Shown: piece by piece, positions 7,362-15,592 of the stretch
Layout: every line of letters starts with the position of its first letter
How positions within the stretch are numbered: position 1 is the stretch's first letter
Assembly (NCBI GenBank): GCA_009691385.1
Contig: SICQ01000003.1
Span: 1-37,070 of the forward strand
Direction of reading: 5' to 3'
DNA: 37,070 nt
From: Candidatus Ryanbacteria bacterium
Lineage (GTDB): Bacteria; Patescibacteriota; Minisyncoccia; Ryanbacterales; GWA2-47-10b
Made by a program: the position numbers and the translations under genes
The notes under the pieces: model-generated
Told to the model about the DNA's origin: nothing
The model's database searches: none
Seen by the model: the letters and a program-made list of their open reading frames with translations, nothing else

Positions 7362-9521
7362 ATGAAACTCGAAGACCTCCCAAAAAGTTACGAAGCGTCC
7401 GCACACGAAGACGAAATCTTTCGCCTCTGGGAATCCTCAGGGCTTTTTAATCCCGATACCCTTCCTGACGCCGGCGCACGTCAACCATTTTCACTTATGA
7501 TGGCGCCGCCCAATATCACCGGGCACATCCATGTAGGCCACGCGCTCGAAAATATCATCTCTGATGTCATCGTCCGCCGAAAACGCGCGGAGGGTTTTCG
7601 TCCCCTCTTTTTACCGGGCAAAGACCATGCGGGTATCGCGGGTCAATTCGCGGTTGAAAAAGAACTCAAAAAAGAAGGGGTGACGCGTCAAACGCTTGGT
7701 CGCGAAAAATTTGCCCTGCGCGTCTGGGAATATATGCGTGAGATTGGATCAAATATCGATCAAGAACTCAAGCACCTCGGTATCTCTGCTGATTGGTCAC
7801 GTGCGCGCTTTACGATGGATGAAGAGTACCAACACGCCGTCGAACAAGTATTTTTGCATTATCACGAAAAGGGTTATATCTATCGTGGTAAGCGCGTGGT
7901 CAATTGGTGTTCTCGTTGCCAGAGCACCATCTCGGATCTCGAGATAACCTACAAAGAAGAACAGGGTAAGCTCTATTTTATCCAATATGGTCCGGTAGTT
8001 GTCGCGACCACCCGCCCCGAGACCAAGCTCGGTGACACCGCACTCGCGGTAAACCCCAAAGATGAGCGTTACAAAGACTATACGGGCAAGACGATGACCA
8101 TCGAATCAGTCGACCCTGATACCAAAGCTGGCAAATCACCGCGCAAAAAAGAATACGAATTGCCAGTCGTAGCCGATGACGCAGCTGATATGTCATTTGG
8201 CTCAGGTATCATCAAAGTCACCCCTGCGCACGATGTCGCTGACTTTGAGATTGCTTCCCGTCATCCAGAAATCAAAACGCTTGAGATCATCGGCACCGAT
8301 GGCCGTATGACCGAAGCTGCAGGCGCGCGTTTCGCCGGCATGAAAGTTGCCGAGGCCCGTGAAGCACTGGTAAAAGATCTAGAAGAACTTGGATTACTTG
8401 TAAAAATAGAAGACCTTGATCACTCGATCGGTATTTGTGATCGCTGCGAGACCGTCATCGAACCACTACTCTCTGACCAATGGTTTGTAAAGATGGACAA
8501 GCTCGCCGACAAAGCTCGTAAAGCGATTGAGAAAAATAAAGTCACTTTTGTACCACCCAACCGCAAAGACATGATGCTCGATTGGGCAAAAAATCTGCGT
8601 GATTGGAATATCTCGCGACAGCTGTGGTGGGGTCACCGCATCCCCGCGTGGCACTGCGAATGCAAAGAAAACGAAGAATGGCGCGTGGGACTCGTAGCGC
8701 CCGCTGATCTCTGTCGCCGTTGTAAAAAACCGTGGAGTCAGACTGATGATGTGCTTGACACATGGTTTTCGTCAGCTCTCTGGCCCTTTGTCACCCTTCA
8801 TTGGCCGGATCAGACTACTGATCTGAAAGACTACTACCCTACCGCACTCATCTCCTCTGCGCGTGAGATTTTTTATCTGTGGATTTTCCGCATGCTGTTT
8901 TCTGGTCTCGAGTTTATGGATGATGTGCCATTTAAAACTGTCTATACCCACCCGACCATCCTCGATAAAAACGGCCGTAAGATGTCAAAATCAAAAGGCA
9001 ATGTCGTCGACCCGATGAAATTGATTGAAACATACGGCATTGATGCTATGCGTTTTGGTATTATTTGGCAGGCCATGGGTACCCAAGACATTCATTGGAC
9101 GGAAGACCCGCTCCGTGCCGGTAAAAAATTCTTAAACAAGCTTTGGAACTCATCGCGCTTTATCATGGTACAGATCGGCACTGACCCGCGCGAGATTAAA
9201 CGCCCAAAACCGAAAGACGATGCATCAAAAAAAGTGCTAGAGGCATGCGACGCGATGGAGAAAGCGGTCACCGACTCAATCGCCTCGTATGAGTTTGGTC
9301 AAGGGTTGCATGCTGCCTATGATTTCTTTTGGAATGACTTTTGCGCAGTGTATATCGAGGAGGCGAAGAAAAATCCTTCGCGCGAGACTCGCGATATGCT
9401 CTTTTATATACTCGCGACCTCACTTAAAAATCTTCATCCGTTTATCCCATTTGCTACCGAATACATCTGGGGACTTCTTCCGTTTGCAGAAAAGCGCCTT
9501 TTGATCGCAGAAAGGTTATAA
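7362..9521 (+). CDS. valS: Valine--tRNA ligase (short form)
   Basis: Motifs PPNITGHIHVGH, DHAGIA, TTRPET, KVTPAHD, DWNISRQLWWGHRIP, DVLDTWFSS and KMSKS. Confidence 0.96.
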   Translation: MKLEDLPKSYEASAHEDEIFRLWESSGLFNPDTLPDAGARQPFSLMMAPPNITGHIHVGHALENIISDVIVRRKRAEGFRPLFLPGKDHAGIAGQFAVEKELKKEGVTRQTLGREKFALRVWEYMREIGSNIDQELKHLGISADWSRARFTMDEEYQHAVEQVFLHYHEKGYIYRGKRVVNWCSRCQSTISDLEITYKEEQGKLYFIQYGPVVVATTRPETKLGDTALAVNPKDERYKDYTGKTMTIESVDPDTKAGKSPRKKEYELPVVADDAADMSFGSGIIKVTPAHDVADFEIASRHPEIKTLEIIGTDGRMTEAAGARFAGMKVAEAREALVKDLEELGLLVKIEDLDHSIGICDRCETVIEPLLSDQWFVKMDKLADKARKAIEKNKVTFVPPNRKDMMLDWAKNLRDWNISRQLWWGHRIPAWHCECKENEEWRVGLVAPADLCRRCKKPWSQTDDVLDTWFSSALWPFVTLHWPDQTTDLKDYYPTALISSAREIFYLWIFRMLFSGLEFMDDVPFKTVYTHPTILDKNGRKMSKSKGNVVDPMKLIETYGIDAMRFGIIWQAMGTQDIHWTEDPLRAGKKFLNKLWNSSRFIMVQIGTDPREIKRPKPKDDASKKVLEACDAMEKAVTDSIASYEFGQGLHAAYDFFWNDFCAVYIEEAKKNPSRETRDMLFYILATSLKNLHPFIPFATEYIWGLLPFAEKRLLIAERL

Positions 9522-9528
9522 TAAAAAA

Positions 9529-10323
9529 ATGGATTGGCTTGCCCAAGCGCTCAAACCCGTTGAGAGCTTAAACCTCGAACCGCTCGCGTGGGCGTTTGCC
9601 GCCGGATTTCTTGCCGCGTTTGTTTGGCTTTGGTTTTGGCTCAAAGAAGACGAATCGCCTGAACCGCGCCGGCTCATCATCCTCGCTTTTGTAGGAGGTA
9701 TGCTCGCAATTCCCTTGGCACTCGTCATGCAATGCTCATGGCTCTCTGGCGTACTCGAATACCTCAACTACAGCGATACCGATTGCACAAAAGGGGTGCC
9801 TGCTGAACTCTCTGGTAACACGAGTCTCCTACTCCTTATCGGATTTGCGGCTATCGAAGAGTTTGTAAAATATTTCGCAGTCCTCGTGCTCATCTTTTGG
9901 CGGCGTGAATACGATGAACCGGCAGATGCCATGATCTATCTCATCACCGCGGCACTTGGATTTGCAGCGGTTGAAAACGCCTTTTATCTTTGGAATCCGT
10001 TTCAGACAGCGCTCTTGCACGGCTTTACTACCGCCAACCTTCGGTTTTTGGGCCCTACCTTGCTCCACACCCTTTCATCAGGGATTTTCGGCTATTTCAT
10101 AGCAAAAGCATTTCTTTCTGGCTGGCTTCGTGAGGAATTTGACGCGATTTTGGGATTTTTAGCGGCAACGGTATTGCACTCGCTCTTTAATATTTTTATA
10201 CTAAGGTCAGAAGGGCACAGGATCGAACCCGCCCTGCTCCTGCTCATCGTCTCTGGTATTTTTATCCTCTTTTCGTTTGAGCGCATTAAGCATACAATTA
10301 AAAAATATTATGCCAAAAGATAG
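9529..10323 (+). CDS. prsW: PrsW family glutamic-type intramembrane protease
   Basis: Multi-TM protein with EEFVK, GFAAVEN, LLH and LHSLFN motifs. Confidence 0.9.
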   Translation: MDWLAQALKPVESLNLEPLAWAFAAGFLAAFVWLWFWLKEDESPEPRRLIILAFVGGMLAIPLALVMQCSWLSGVLEYLNYSDTDCTKGVPAELSGNTSLLLLIGFAAIEEFVKYFAVLVLIFWRREYDEPADAMIYLITAALGFAAVENAFYLWNPFQTALLHGFTTANLRFLGPTLLHTLSSGIFGYFIAKAFLSGWLREEFDAILGFLAATVLHSLFNIFILRSEGHRIEPALLLLIVSGIFILFSFERIKHTIKKYYAKR

Positions 10324-10840
10324 AAGATCATTTTTTGAACGCCTGACAGGTACTGTCGCGGCACCTCAACAACAAGAAGATTATTTTGAGGAAGAAGAGG
10401 TTGAGTCGGAGCCACAACCGCCCCGCGCGCATTTGGCTGTCACCCATACCAAGCCTCGTGCCAAATCAGCACCCATCAAAAAAGAAGAAGACTGGATGAC
10501 ACCAGAAGAAGAGGGTCAGCTCACCGTTGATGTCTACCAAAAAGATGATGAGATTGTCATCCAATCAACAGTTGCGGGCGTCCGCCCTGATGATTTGGAT
10601 GTGCAGATCACTCGTGAGATGGTCACCATACGCGGAAAACGCGAGCAAGCGCGCGAAATCGCGCATGATGACTACTACTACCAGGAACTGTATTGGGGTA
10701 GCTTCTCACGATCAATCCTGCTCCCCTGCGAAGTCGATGTAGATGGGGCTGAGGCATCACTCAAAAATGGCTTGCTCACGGTAAAGCTTCCTAAAATGGA
10801 CAAAAATCGTAGCGAGCGCATCAAGGTAAAAAACGAATAA
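10310..10840 (+). CDS. Hsp20/alpha-crystallin small heat shock protein
   Basis: Motifs VDVYQ, AGVRPDDLDV, ELYWGSFSRSILLP and ASLKNGLLTVKLPK. The ATG at 10310 overlaps the end of prsW. Confidence 0.93.
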   Translation: MPKDRRSFFERLTGTVAAPQQQEDYFEEEEVESEPQPPRAHLAVTHTKPRAKSAPIKKEEDWMTPEEEGQLTVDVYQKDDEIVIQSTVAGVRPDDLDVQITREMVTIRGKREQAREIAHDDYYYQELYWGSFSRSILLPCEVDVDGAEASLKNGLLTVKLPKMDKNRSERIKVKNE

Positions 10841-10852
10841 CAATAGCATCTC

Positions 10853-10887
10853 AAACAAAAAAATCCCCGTACGGGGATTTTTTGTTT
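10853..10887. terminator. Bidirectional intrinsic terminator
   Basis: aaacaaaaaaatccccgt-acggggattttttgttt, between the convergent hsp20 gene and tRNA cluster. Confidence 0.88.
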
Positions 10888-10888
10888 C

Positions 10889-10908
10889 TGGTGCCGCGGG
10901 GGTGAATC
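10889..10908 (-). repeat. Displaced duplicate of the tRNA-Phe 3' end, with CCA
   Basis: 10891-10908 equals 11003-11020 (gtgccgcgggggtgaatc, 18/18); the minus strand reads ...GCGGCACCA. Confidence 0.9.
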
Positions 10909-11003
10909 ATTTCTCTCCTCAACAAATACGGGGATCCTCGCTCGAACCGGTGGCGCTCGAATCCCTTCGATTCATTTTTATTTATATTGTCGTTCCGACA
11001 TTG

Positions 11004-11075
11004 TGCCGCGGGGGTGAATCGAACACCCGACACGACGCTCTTCAGGCGTCTGCTCTACCACTGAGCTACCACGGC
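11004..11075 (-). tRNA. tRNA-Phe(GAA)
   Basis: Minus strand GCCGTGGTAGCTCAGTGGTAGAGCA-GACGC-CT-GAA-GA-GCGTC...GTTCGATTCACCCCCGCGGCA. Confidence 0.95.
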
Positions 11076-11118
11076 GTGCGTAGAAAGATAATAGCAAACT
11101 CCAGACAGATTTCAATTC

Positions 11119-11193
11119 TGGTGCGCGGTGAGGGATTCGAACCCCCGACCTTTGCTGTGTAAAAGCACTGCTCTACCACTGAGCTAACCGCGC
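11119..11193 (-). tRNA. tRNA-Val(TAC)
   Basis: Minus strand GCGCGGTTAGCTCAGTGGTAGAGC...TGCT-TT-TAC-AC-AGCA...GGTTCGAATCCCTCACCGCGCACCA. Confidence 0.95.
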
Positions 11194-11230
11194 ATTGTCC
11201 CATCATTCTACACATTTCTATAAAAAAATA

Positions 11231-11276
11231 AACCCCGCCCACAATCGCCATGATGGCGATTGTGGGTCTGGGGTTT
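11231..11276 (-). terminator. Long hairpin/terminator with TCA loop
   Basis: 13-bp perfect stem cccacaatcgcca-(tga)-tggcgattgtggg plus an outer aacccc/ggggtt stem; a T-run follows on the minus strand. Confidence 0.8.
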
Positions 11277-11285
11277 TGACCGCAT

Positions 11286-11702
11286 TTACGCGGCGGTTTC
11301 GGCCGCTCCTCCCGTCTGACGGGAGGTCGTCGCTAGACGACTCCTATGAGCGCGGCGAGCCTGCTCTTGCGCCTCACGCCCAGTCAGCACAGAAAAACCG
11401 AAGTGCTGAGCGAGACGAATTGCCTCAAGACGATTCTTGTTGTGCTCCTCGTAGTTGCTCAGATCCTGTGTGCGCTTGAGGCTAAGCGCCATGATGACGG
11501 TCTTGACCCGCGCGATAGCCTCCGCGCGACCAGTGTAAGCTGAGATGCCAAAAACTTCTTTGAATCTTTCTACCGCGGCAGCCTTATGGGCCGCCTCGCT
11601 GCGGGCACGGTCCTTGCGGGCACGAACCACTTGCAGCAGAAAGATGAAAAGAAATAACACGCAAAAACCGGCAACGACATACGCGAGCATATGCGAGTAC
11701 AT
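11286..11702 (-). CDS. Orphan single-TM protein
   Basis: 138 aa with an N-terminal TM helix; strong SD (AAGGAGGGAGG) before the ATG and its own sigma70-type promoter. Confidence 0.75.
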   Translation of the reverse strand: MYSHMLAYVVAGFCVLFLFIFLLQVVRARKDRARSEAAHKAAAVERFKEVFGISAYTGRAEAIARVKTVIMALSLKRTQDLSNYEEHNKNRLEAIRLAQHFGFSVLTGREAQEQARRAHRSRLATTSRQTGGAAETAA

Positions 11703-11757
11703 GGTATACCTCCCTCCTTGGAGTCTGTGAGCTAAAAGAACGAATCTCCTAGCTCAA

Positions 11758-11786
11758 ATAATATCAAATATAGCAGTTTTCGTCAA
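11758..11786 (-). promoter_or_regulatory. Sigma70-type promoter TTGACG-17-TATTAT
   Basis: -35 at 11781-11786, -10 at 11758-11763, 17-nt spacer. Confidence 0.7.
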
Positions 11787-11808
11787 GTACCCTGTTGAAA
11801 ACTCCTTG

Positions 11809-11880
11809 TGTCCTCGGCAGGAATCGAACCTGCACCACCTCCTTCGGAGGGAGATATTCTATCCATTGAACTACGAGGAC
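11809..11880 (-). tRNA. tRNA-Arg(CCG)
   Basis: Minus strand GTCCTCGTAGTTCAATGGATAGAATA-TCTCC-CT-CCG-AA-GGAGG...GGTTCGATTCCTGCCGAGGACA. Confidence 0.95.
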
Positions 11881-11889
11881 ATTACTTTT

Positions 11890-12417
11890 TTAGGTGTGGC
11901 GATCAGCAACTACCGAGGCGCCGTACGAATATGGCTTGATGACGGGCACAAACCCAAATCCCCGCACCATACCAGCAATACTATCAATAAATGACTTGGT
12001 AGGGCCATTGAGACCCATATCAAGGTGTATACAGCGCACCTCAAGGCGATCTTCCCAAAACACCTCGTCGCCAATCACCTCGCGTACCGTACTACGAATC
12101 TCTTGCGCGAGCATGATGGAGAGAAATGCTTCTTTCCATATACGATCGCGGAGCCCATGGAATTCTTGATTGTTGCGTGTCCAAAAATAAATAGCGCCGT
12201 TGCCTACTTTGCGCACGACAATTGCGGTCACAAACGCAGCACTGCCACTCTCGGCAGCCTGTGAATCGCTCCCCACCACAATCTCGTGGGTAGCGAGCCT
12301 GTCGAGTGCGATTTTATCGCGAATGCGTAGCACAACATCGCGAAGGGAGAGTTGCTCCCCTGCATCATTGCGAAATATTCGCTCATTGTTTTTGTCAGAT
12401 AAGGCTTCCTTGGACAT
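11890..12417 (-). CDS. RNase H-like YkuK (DUF458) family protein
   Basis: Motifs IVVGSDSQ, FVTAIVV, RIWKEA, IHLDMGLNGPT and IKPYSYGASVVADRH. Confidence 0.85.
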   Translation of the reverse strand: MSKEALSDKNNERIFRNDAGEQLSLRDVVLRIRDKIALDRLATHEIVVGSDSQAAESGSAAFVTAIVVRKVGNGAIYFWTRNNQEFHGLRDRIWKEAFLSIMLAQEIRSTVREVIGDEVFWEDRLEVRCIHLDMGLNGPTKSFIDSIAGMVRGFGFVPVIKPYSYGASVVADRHT

Positions 12418-12976
12418 ATGGTTCCCTCTCTCGCGGTTTTATATCAGACCACCTGACCGGTATGCGTATACGCCCCCGATCACGCGTGTCGCCTAAGACA
12501 AATCCTCGTTCTTTACCGAACTCGTAGAGGTCTCGGGTAAGCGTAACATCTTTTAGACAATATTCCTTCACCTTGTCTTTTAAGCCATCGCGCCACCACC
12601 AGATCGCATCGAGCCCGTAACCGATTTTCCCCGCGCCCAGCGTCGCTCGCGTGAGGTTATCAAGAGAAAGACGAAAGCCGGCAGATTTCTCAATATCTTC
12701 CATCAAGTCGAGTACATGCAGTTTTTGCAGATCAATACCTACATGCGGCTGCAATACCGGCAAGTCAAAGTGATTGATATTAAACCCTATCAAAAGACCG
12801 GAGTTTTGAAGTAGTGGTTCGAGCTCGCCAAACTCATGCTTTTCGTAGGCATACGCGCGCTTGGTACTATACGCGTAGGTACCTACTACTGTCACGCCGA
12901 GCATCTGCATATTTTGTTTCCCACCAACTTCCTTAAATTCCTTCTCTGTTTCTATATCAAGAACTATCGTTTCCAT
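12395..12976 (-). CDS. Stand-alone DEDD/RNase H-like 3'-5' exonuclease (YprB/RNase_H_2-like)
   Basis: ExoI VLDIET, ExoII GFNINHFD and ExoIII YCLKDV motifs. Confidence 0.85.
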   Translation of the reverse strand: METIVLDIETEKEFKEVGGKQNMQMLGVTVVGTYAYSTKRAYAYEKHEFGELEPLLQNSGLLIGFNINHFDLPVLQPHVGIDLQKLHVLDLMEDIEKSAGFRLSLDNLTRATLGAGKIGYGLDAIWWWRDGLKDKVKEYCLKDVTLTRDLYEFGKERGFVLGDTRDRGRIRIPVRWSDIKPREREPYVQGSLI

Positions 12977-13042
12977 AATGTGTATGTATCTATTTCTATC
13001 ACGCGGGGTGTTCGAGCGTCAAAACGCTGATATACTATCACT

Positions 13043-13930
13043 ATGAATCAAGACGTGCTCTTGCTTGCCGTGGTGGTTATTGGACTTCTCGCGGTTGCGC
13101 ACTTTACCACGCTCGGCGGAGGCATCGCGGGCGGCGTCATCACACCCCTTAACCCCAAAGCTGAATTTGGCGTGATCCGCATGCAAGAATCTATACTACG
13201 CGGACCACGCGGTAGCACGGGCACCACCCCACCTCCTACCATAACTCTCACACCTCCTCCTGCCGTACCACAAGATATTCTTGCGCGCTCATTTGCACTC
13301 TCAACGCGCAATGCAAAATCACGCAATATCAATGAAGAGTATGTAGAGATAGTTTACGCGCCCACTAAAAATGCCGCGCCGGTTGATATTAGTGATTGGA
13401 TGATTGCTGATAGCAAGGGTGAATCATATAAGCTCGGGGGCATATCGCTCATACCCGGAATCTCTTCCCTCTATAACCAAGATCGCCTTATACTGCGGGG
13501 TTCTGCGCGAATCCATGTTGTTACGGGTCGTAGCCCCTTGGGTGAAAACTTTCGCCTTAATAAATGTGCGCCGTATTTTTCTCAATATAAAACCTTTACT
13601 CCACGCATTTCAGATTCATGCCCCTCGCCTTCACGCGAACCGGGGCAAGATAGCTTGAGTGATACCTGCTACCAATATATAAAAACGATTTCTGCCTGTC
13701 GCATACCTACCAATATCCCATTTTTCCTCGACAATACCTGCCGTGAGTTTATACAAAAAAACGCAAGCTATGATGCCTGCGTAAAAAATCACAAAAGTGA
13801 TACGGATTTTTATGGTGATGAATACTGGGTGTACCTCAATCGCCCCGAACATATCTGGTCAGATATACGCGACTCGGTGATACTCAAAGACGCGCGTGGA
13901 TCAGTCGTCAAAGCTATCTCGTATCAGTAA
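13043..13930 (+). CDS. Membrane-anchored/secreted lamin-tail-like domain protein with a Cys-rich insert
   Basis: N-terminal hydrophobic helix, Pro/Thr linker, EYVEI...VDISDWMIAD and WSDIRDSVILKDARG LTD-like motifs, 6 Cys. Confidence 0.7.
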   Translation: MNQDVLLLAVVVIGLLAVAHFTTLGGGIAGGVITPLNPKAEFGVIRMQESILRGPRGSTGTTPPPTITLTPPPAVPQDILARSFALSTRNAKSRNINEEYVEIVYAPTKNAAPVDISDWMIADSKGESYKLGGISLIPGISSLYNQDRLILRGSARIHVVTGRSPLGENFRLNKCAPYFSQYKTFTPRISDSCPSPSREPGQDSLSDTCYQYIKTISACRIPTNIPFFLDNTCREFIQKNASYDACVKNHKSDTDFYGDEYWVYLNRPEHIWSDIRDSVILKDARGSVVKAISYQ

Positions 13931-14390
13931 GTTTATATACTGCAACGCCAACCGCAACCGACACATTGAGTGATTCTTTTTTGCCACGCATCGGCAGTAC
14001 AATGCTCGCATCGACTTTTTCTAAAAGCGCACCTGATAACCCACGCACTTCATTGCCAGCGATGAGTGCTACCGGAAATTGTGGATAAAACTCTCGATAA
14101 TCTTTCGCGTCATCACTCTGCTCAAGCGCTACGATCGAAAACCCTTCTTTTTTGAGCTTTGTGATCAAACGAGAAATGTCCGCCACACATTCCCACGCAA
14201 CAGAGTTTTCAGCGCCAAGCGCGGTTTTGGCGATCTCCTTGCGTACCCTGCCCATCTCGTCAGTAGGACTCGGTGTATACCCGGTCATATATACTTTTGC
14301 CACACCTGCGCCGTCAGCCGTACGCAATACGGAGCCTACATTGTGTAGGCTCCGTATATTGTGCAGAACTATGACAAGCTCTTCGCGCAT
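13914..14390 (-). CDS. SpoU/TrmH family RNA methyltransferase
   Basis: Motifs LHNIRSLHNVGSVLRTAD, GNEVRGL and PMRGKKESLNVSVA. Confidence 0.93.
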   Translation of the reverse strand: MREELVIVLHNIRSLHNVGSVLRTADGAGVAKVYMTGYTPSPTDEMGRVRKEIAKTALGAENSVAWECVADISRLITKLKKEGFSIVALEQSDDAKDYREFYPQFPVALIAGNEVRGLSGALLEKVDASIVLPMRGKKESLNVSVAVGVAVYKLTDTR

Positions 14391-14392
14391 GC

Positions 14393-15220
14393 TTACTTGA
14401 TCTCGTAGATGAGCGAGACCGACGCTACAATCTCGTTTTCTCCTGGCTGAATGCTCGGTACGGGTGCGGCCATACTCTTTGTATCGCCACCCAAACCCAT
14501 TTCCCGAGCATAATACATTGGAGGCATGCCACCACCATTCTCAGAAAACCCAGTGAGCTTACCAAGTCGTACACCGAGGTTGCCCGCGAGTACTTTTGCC
14601 TCGGCACGCGCTTTGGTGATAGCCGCCTCACGCGCCTCGGCGCGCAATTTTTCTACTACCTCATCGTCAACCGTAAACTGGAGTTGACCAATCTGGTTTA
14701 CTCCCGCCTCGGTAGCACCTGTAGTGATCTTGCCGATGTCGTCGAGCTTGCGCACTTTGACGGCAATAGTCTCTTCAATGACGAACTTTTTGGTACCTTT
14801 GCGTGGAGGGCAGATGACACTCGCGCCTTCAGTACTTACACATGGACGATAATCATACTCTTCAGACGGATAAATGTTGTATGAAGTCGTCTTGATATCA
14901 CGACTCTCTACGCCATTCTTTTTAAGAAAATCGATGACACTTTGCGATTTTTTCGATGCAGCATCGCGTGCTACCTCCAGTGACGCATTCTCCTCACGAA
15001 TCGTAAACGAGATAAGACCGATATCAGGCTTTACGACACGCTTTTCTTCGGCGGATACTGAGATGGTGCGTGATGGATAATCATTTTGTCGGTAGGTGCT
15101 CTTTGCCGTAACCAACAAAAAGATAGCCAATGCCGCGAGCACGCCGATAATAAGCCATCGCATAAGCCCGCCAGCAGACGAACTGATAGATACTTTGAAC
15201 CCTTCTTTTTCTTGTTCCAT
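14393..15220 (-). CDS. SIMPL (DUF541, YggE-like) domain protein
   Basis: TM anchor plus ISVSAE..VKPD, DIKTTSYNIYP, AREAAITKARAEA..LA..LGVRLG and IQPGENEI..SVSLIYEI. Confidence 0.9.
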   Translation of the reverse strand: MEQEKEGFKVSISSSAGGLMRWLIIGVLAALAIFLLVTAKSTYRQNDYPSRTISVSAEEKRVVKPDIGLISFTIREENASLEVARDAASKKSQSVIDFLKKNGVESRDIKTTSYNIYPSEEYDYRPCVSTEGASVICPPRKGTKKFVIEETIAVKVRKLDDIGKITTGATEAGVNQIGQLQFTVDDEVVEKLRAEAREAAITKARAEAKVLAGNLGVRLGKLTGFSENGGGMPPMYYAREMGLGGDTKSMAAPVPSIQPGENEIVASVSLIYEIK

Positions 15221-15356
15221 AAAATATTATTAAATAGTAATCAATAAAGATGACCCTTGTCTCTATTCTAACGGTCTAGGGACGGTTTTGCTACGCTTGA
15301 CCGTAAGGCAAAGAATCGGTATCGTAGCTTGGAACTCTCGTACCAAAGGAGGACTC

Positions 15357-15527
15357 GTGGCAAAGAAAAGGGGCGATACGGGTCGCGCGGCGTATTGCTC
15401 GGTTTGCGGCCTCAAACGAAGAGGTCGGCATCGCACGCAAGAAGACTGCCAAAAAGCCATCGAAGCGTATCTCAAGACGCGCCCTCAACGCCAACTCAAG
15501 ACCGATCGAAGAAGGTTTGGGTGGTGA
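15357..15527 (+). CDS. 56-aa basic microprotein with a CxxC...H...C motif
   Basis: AAGGAGG-actc-GTG start giving MAKKRGDTGRAAYCSVCGLKRRGRHRTQEDCQKAIEAYLK...; hairpin terminator downstream. Confidence 0.65.
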   Translation: MAKKRGDTGRAAYCSVCGLKRRGRHRTQEDCQKAIEAYLKTRPQRQLKTDRRRFGW

Positions 15528-15554
15528 TCATAAAAACCAAATCTTACACACACG

Positions 15555-15589
15555 CAGCCGTATCCTATCATGGGGTCGGCTGATTTTTT
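15555..15589 (+). terminator. Hairpin terminator with TCA loop
   Basis: cagccg-t-atccta-TCA-tggggt-cggctg followed by atttttt. Confidence 0.75.
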
Positions 15590-15592
15590 ATT

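Noticed and set aside
14080-14088. DnaA box match TGTGGATAA
   Set aside because: Isolated and inside the methyltransferase coding sequence (FYPQ codons); likely chance.
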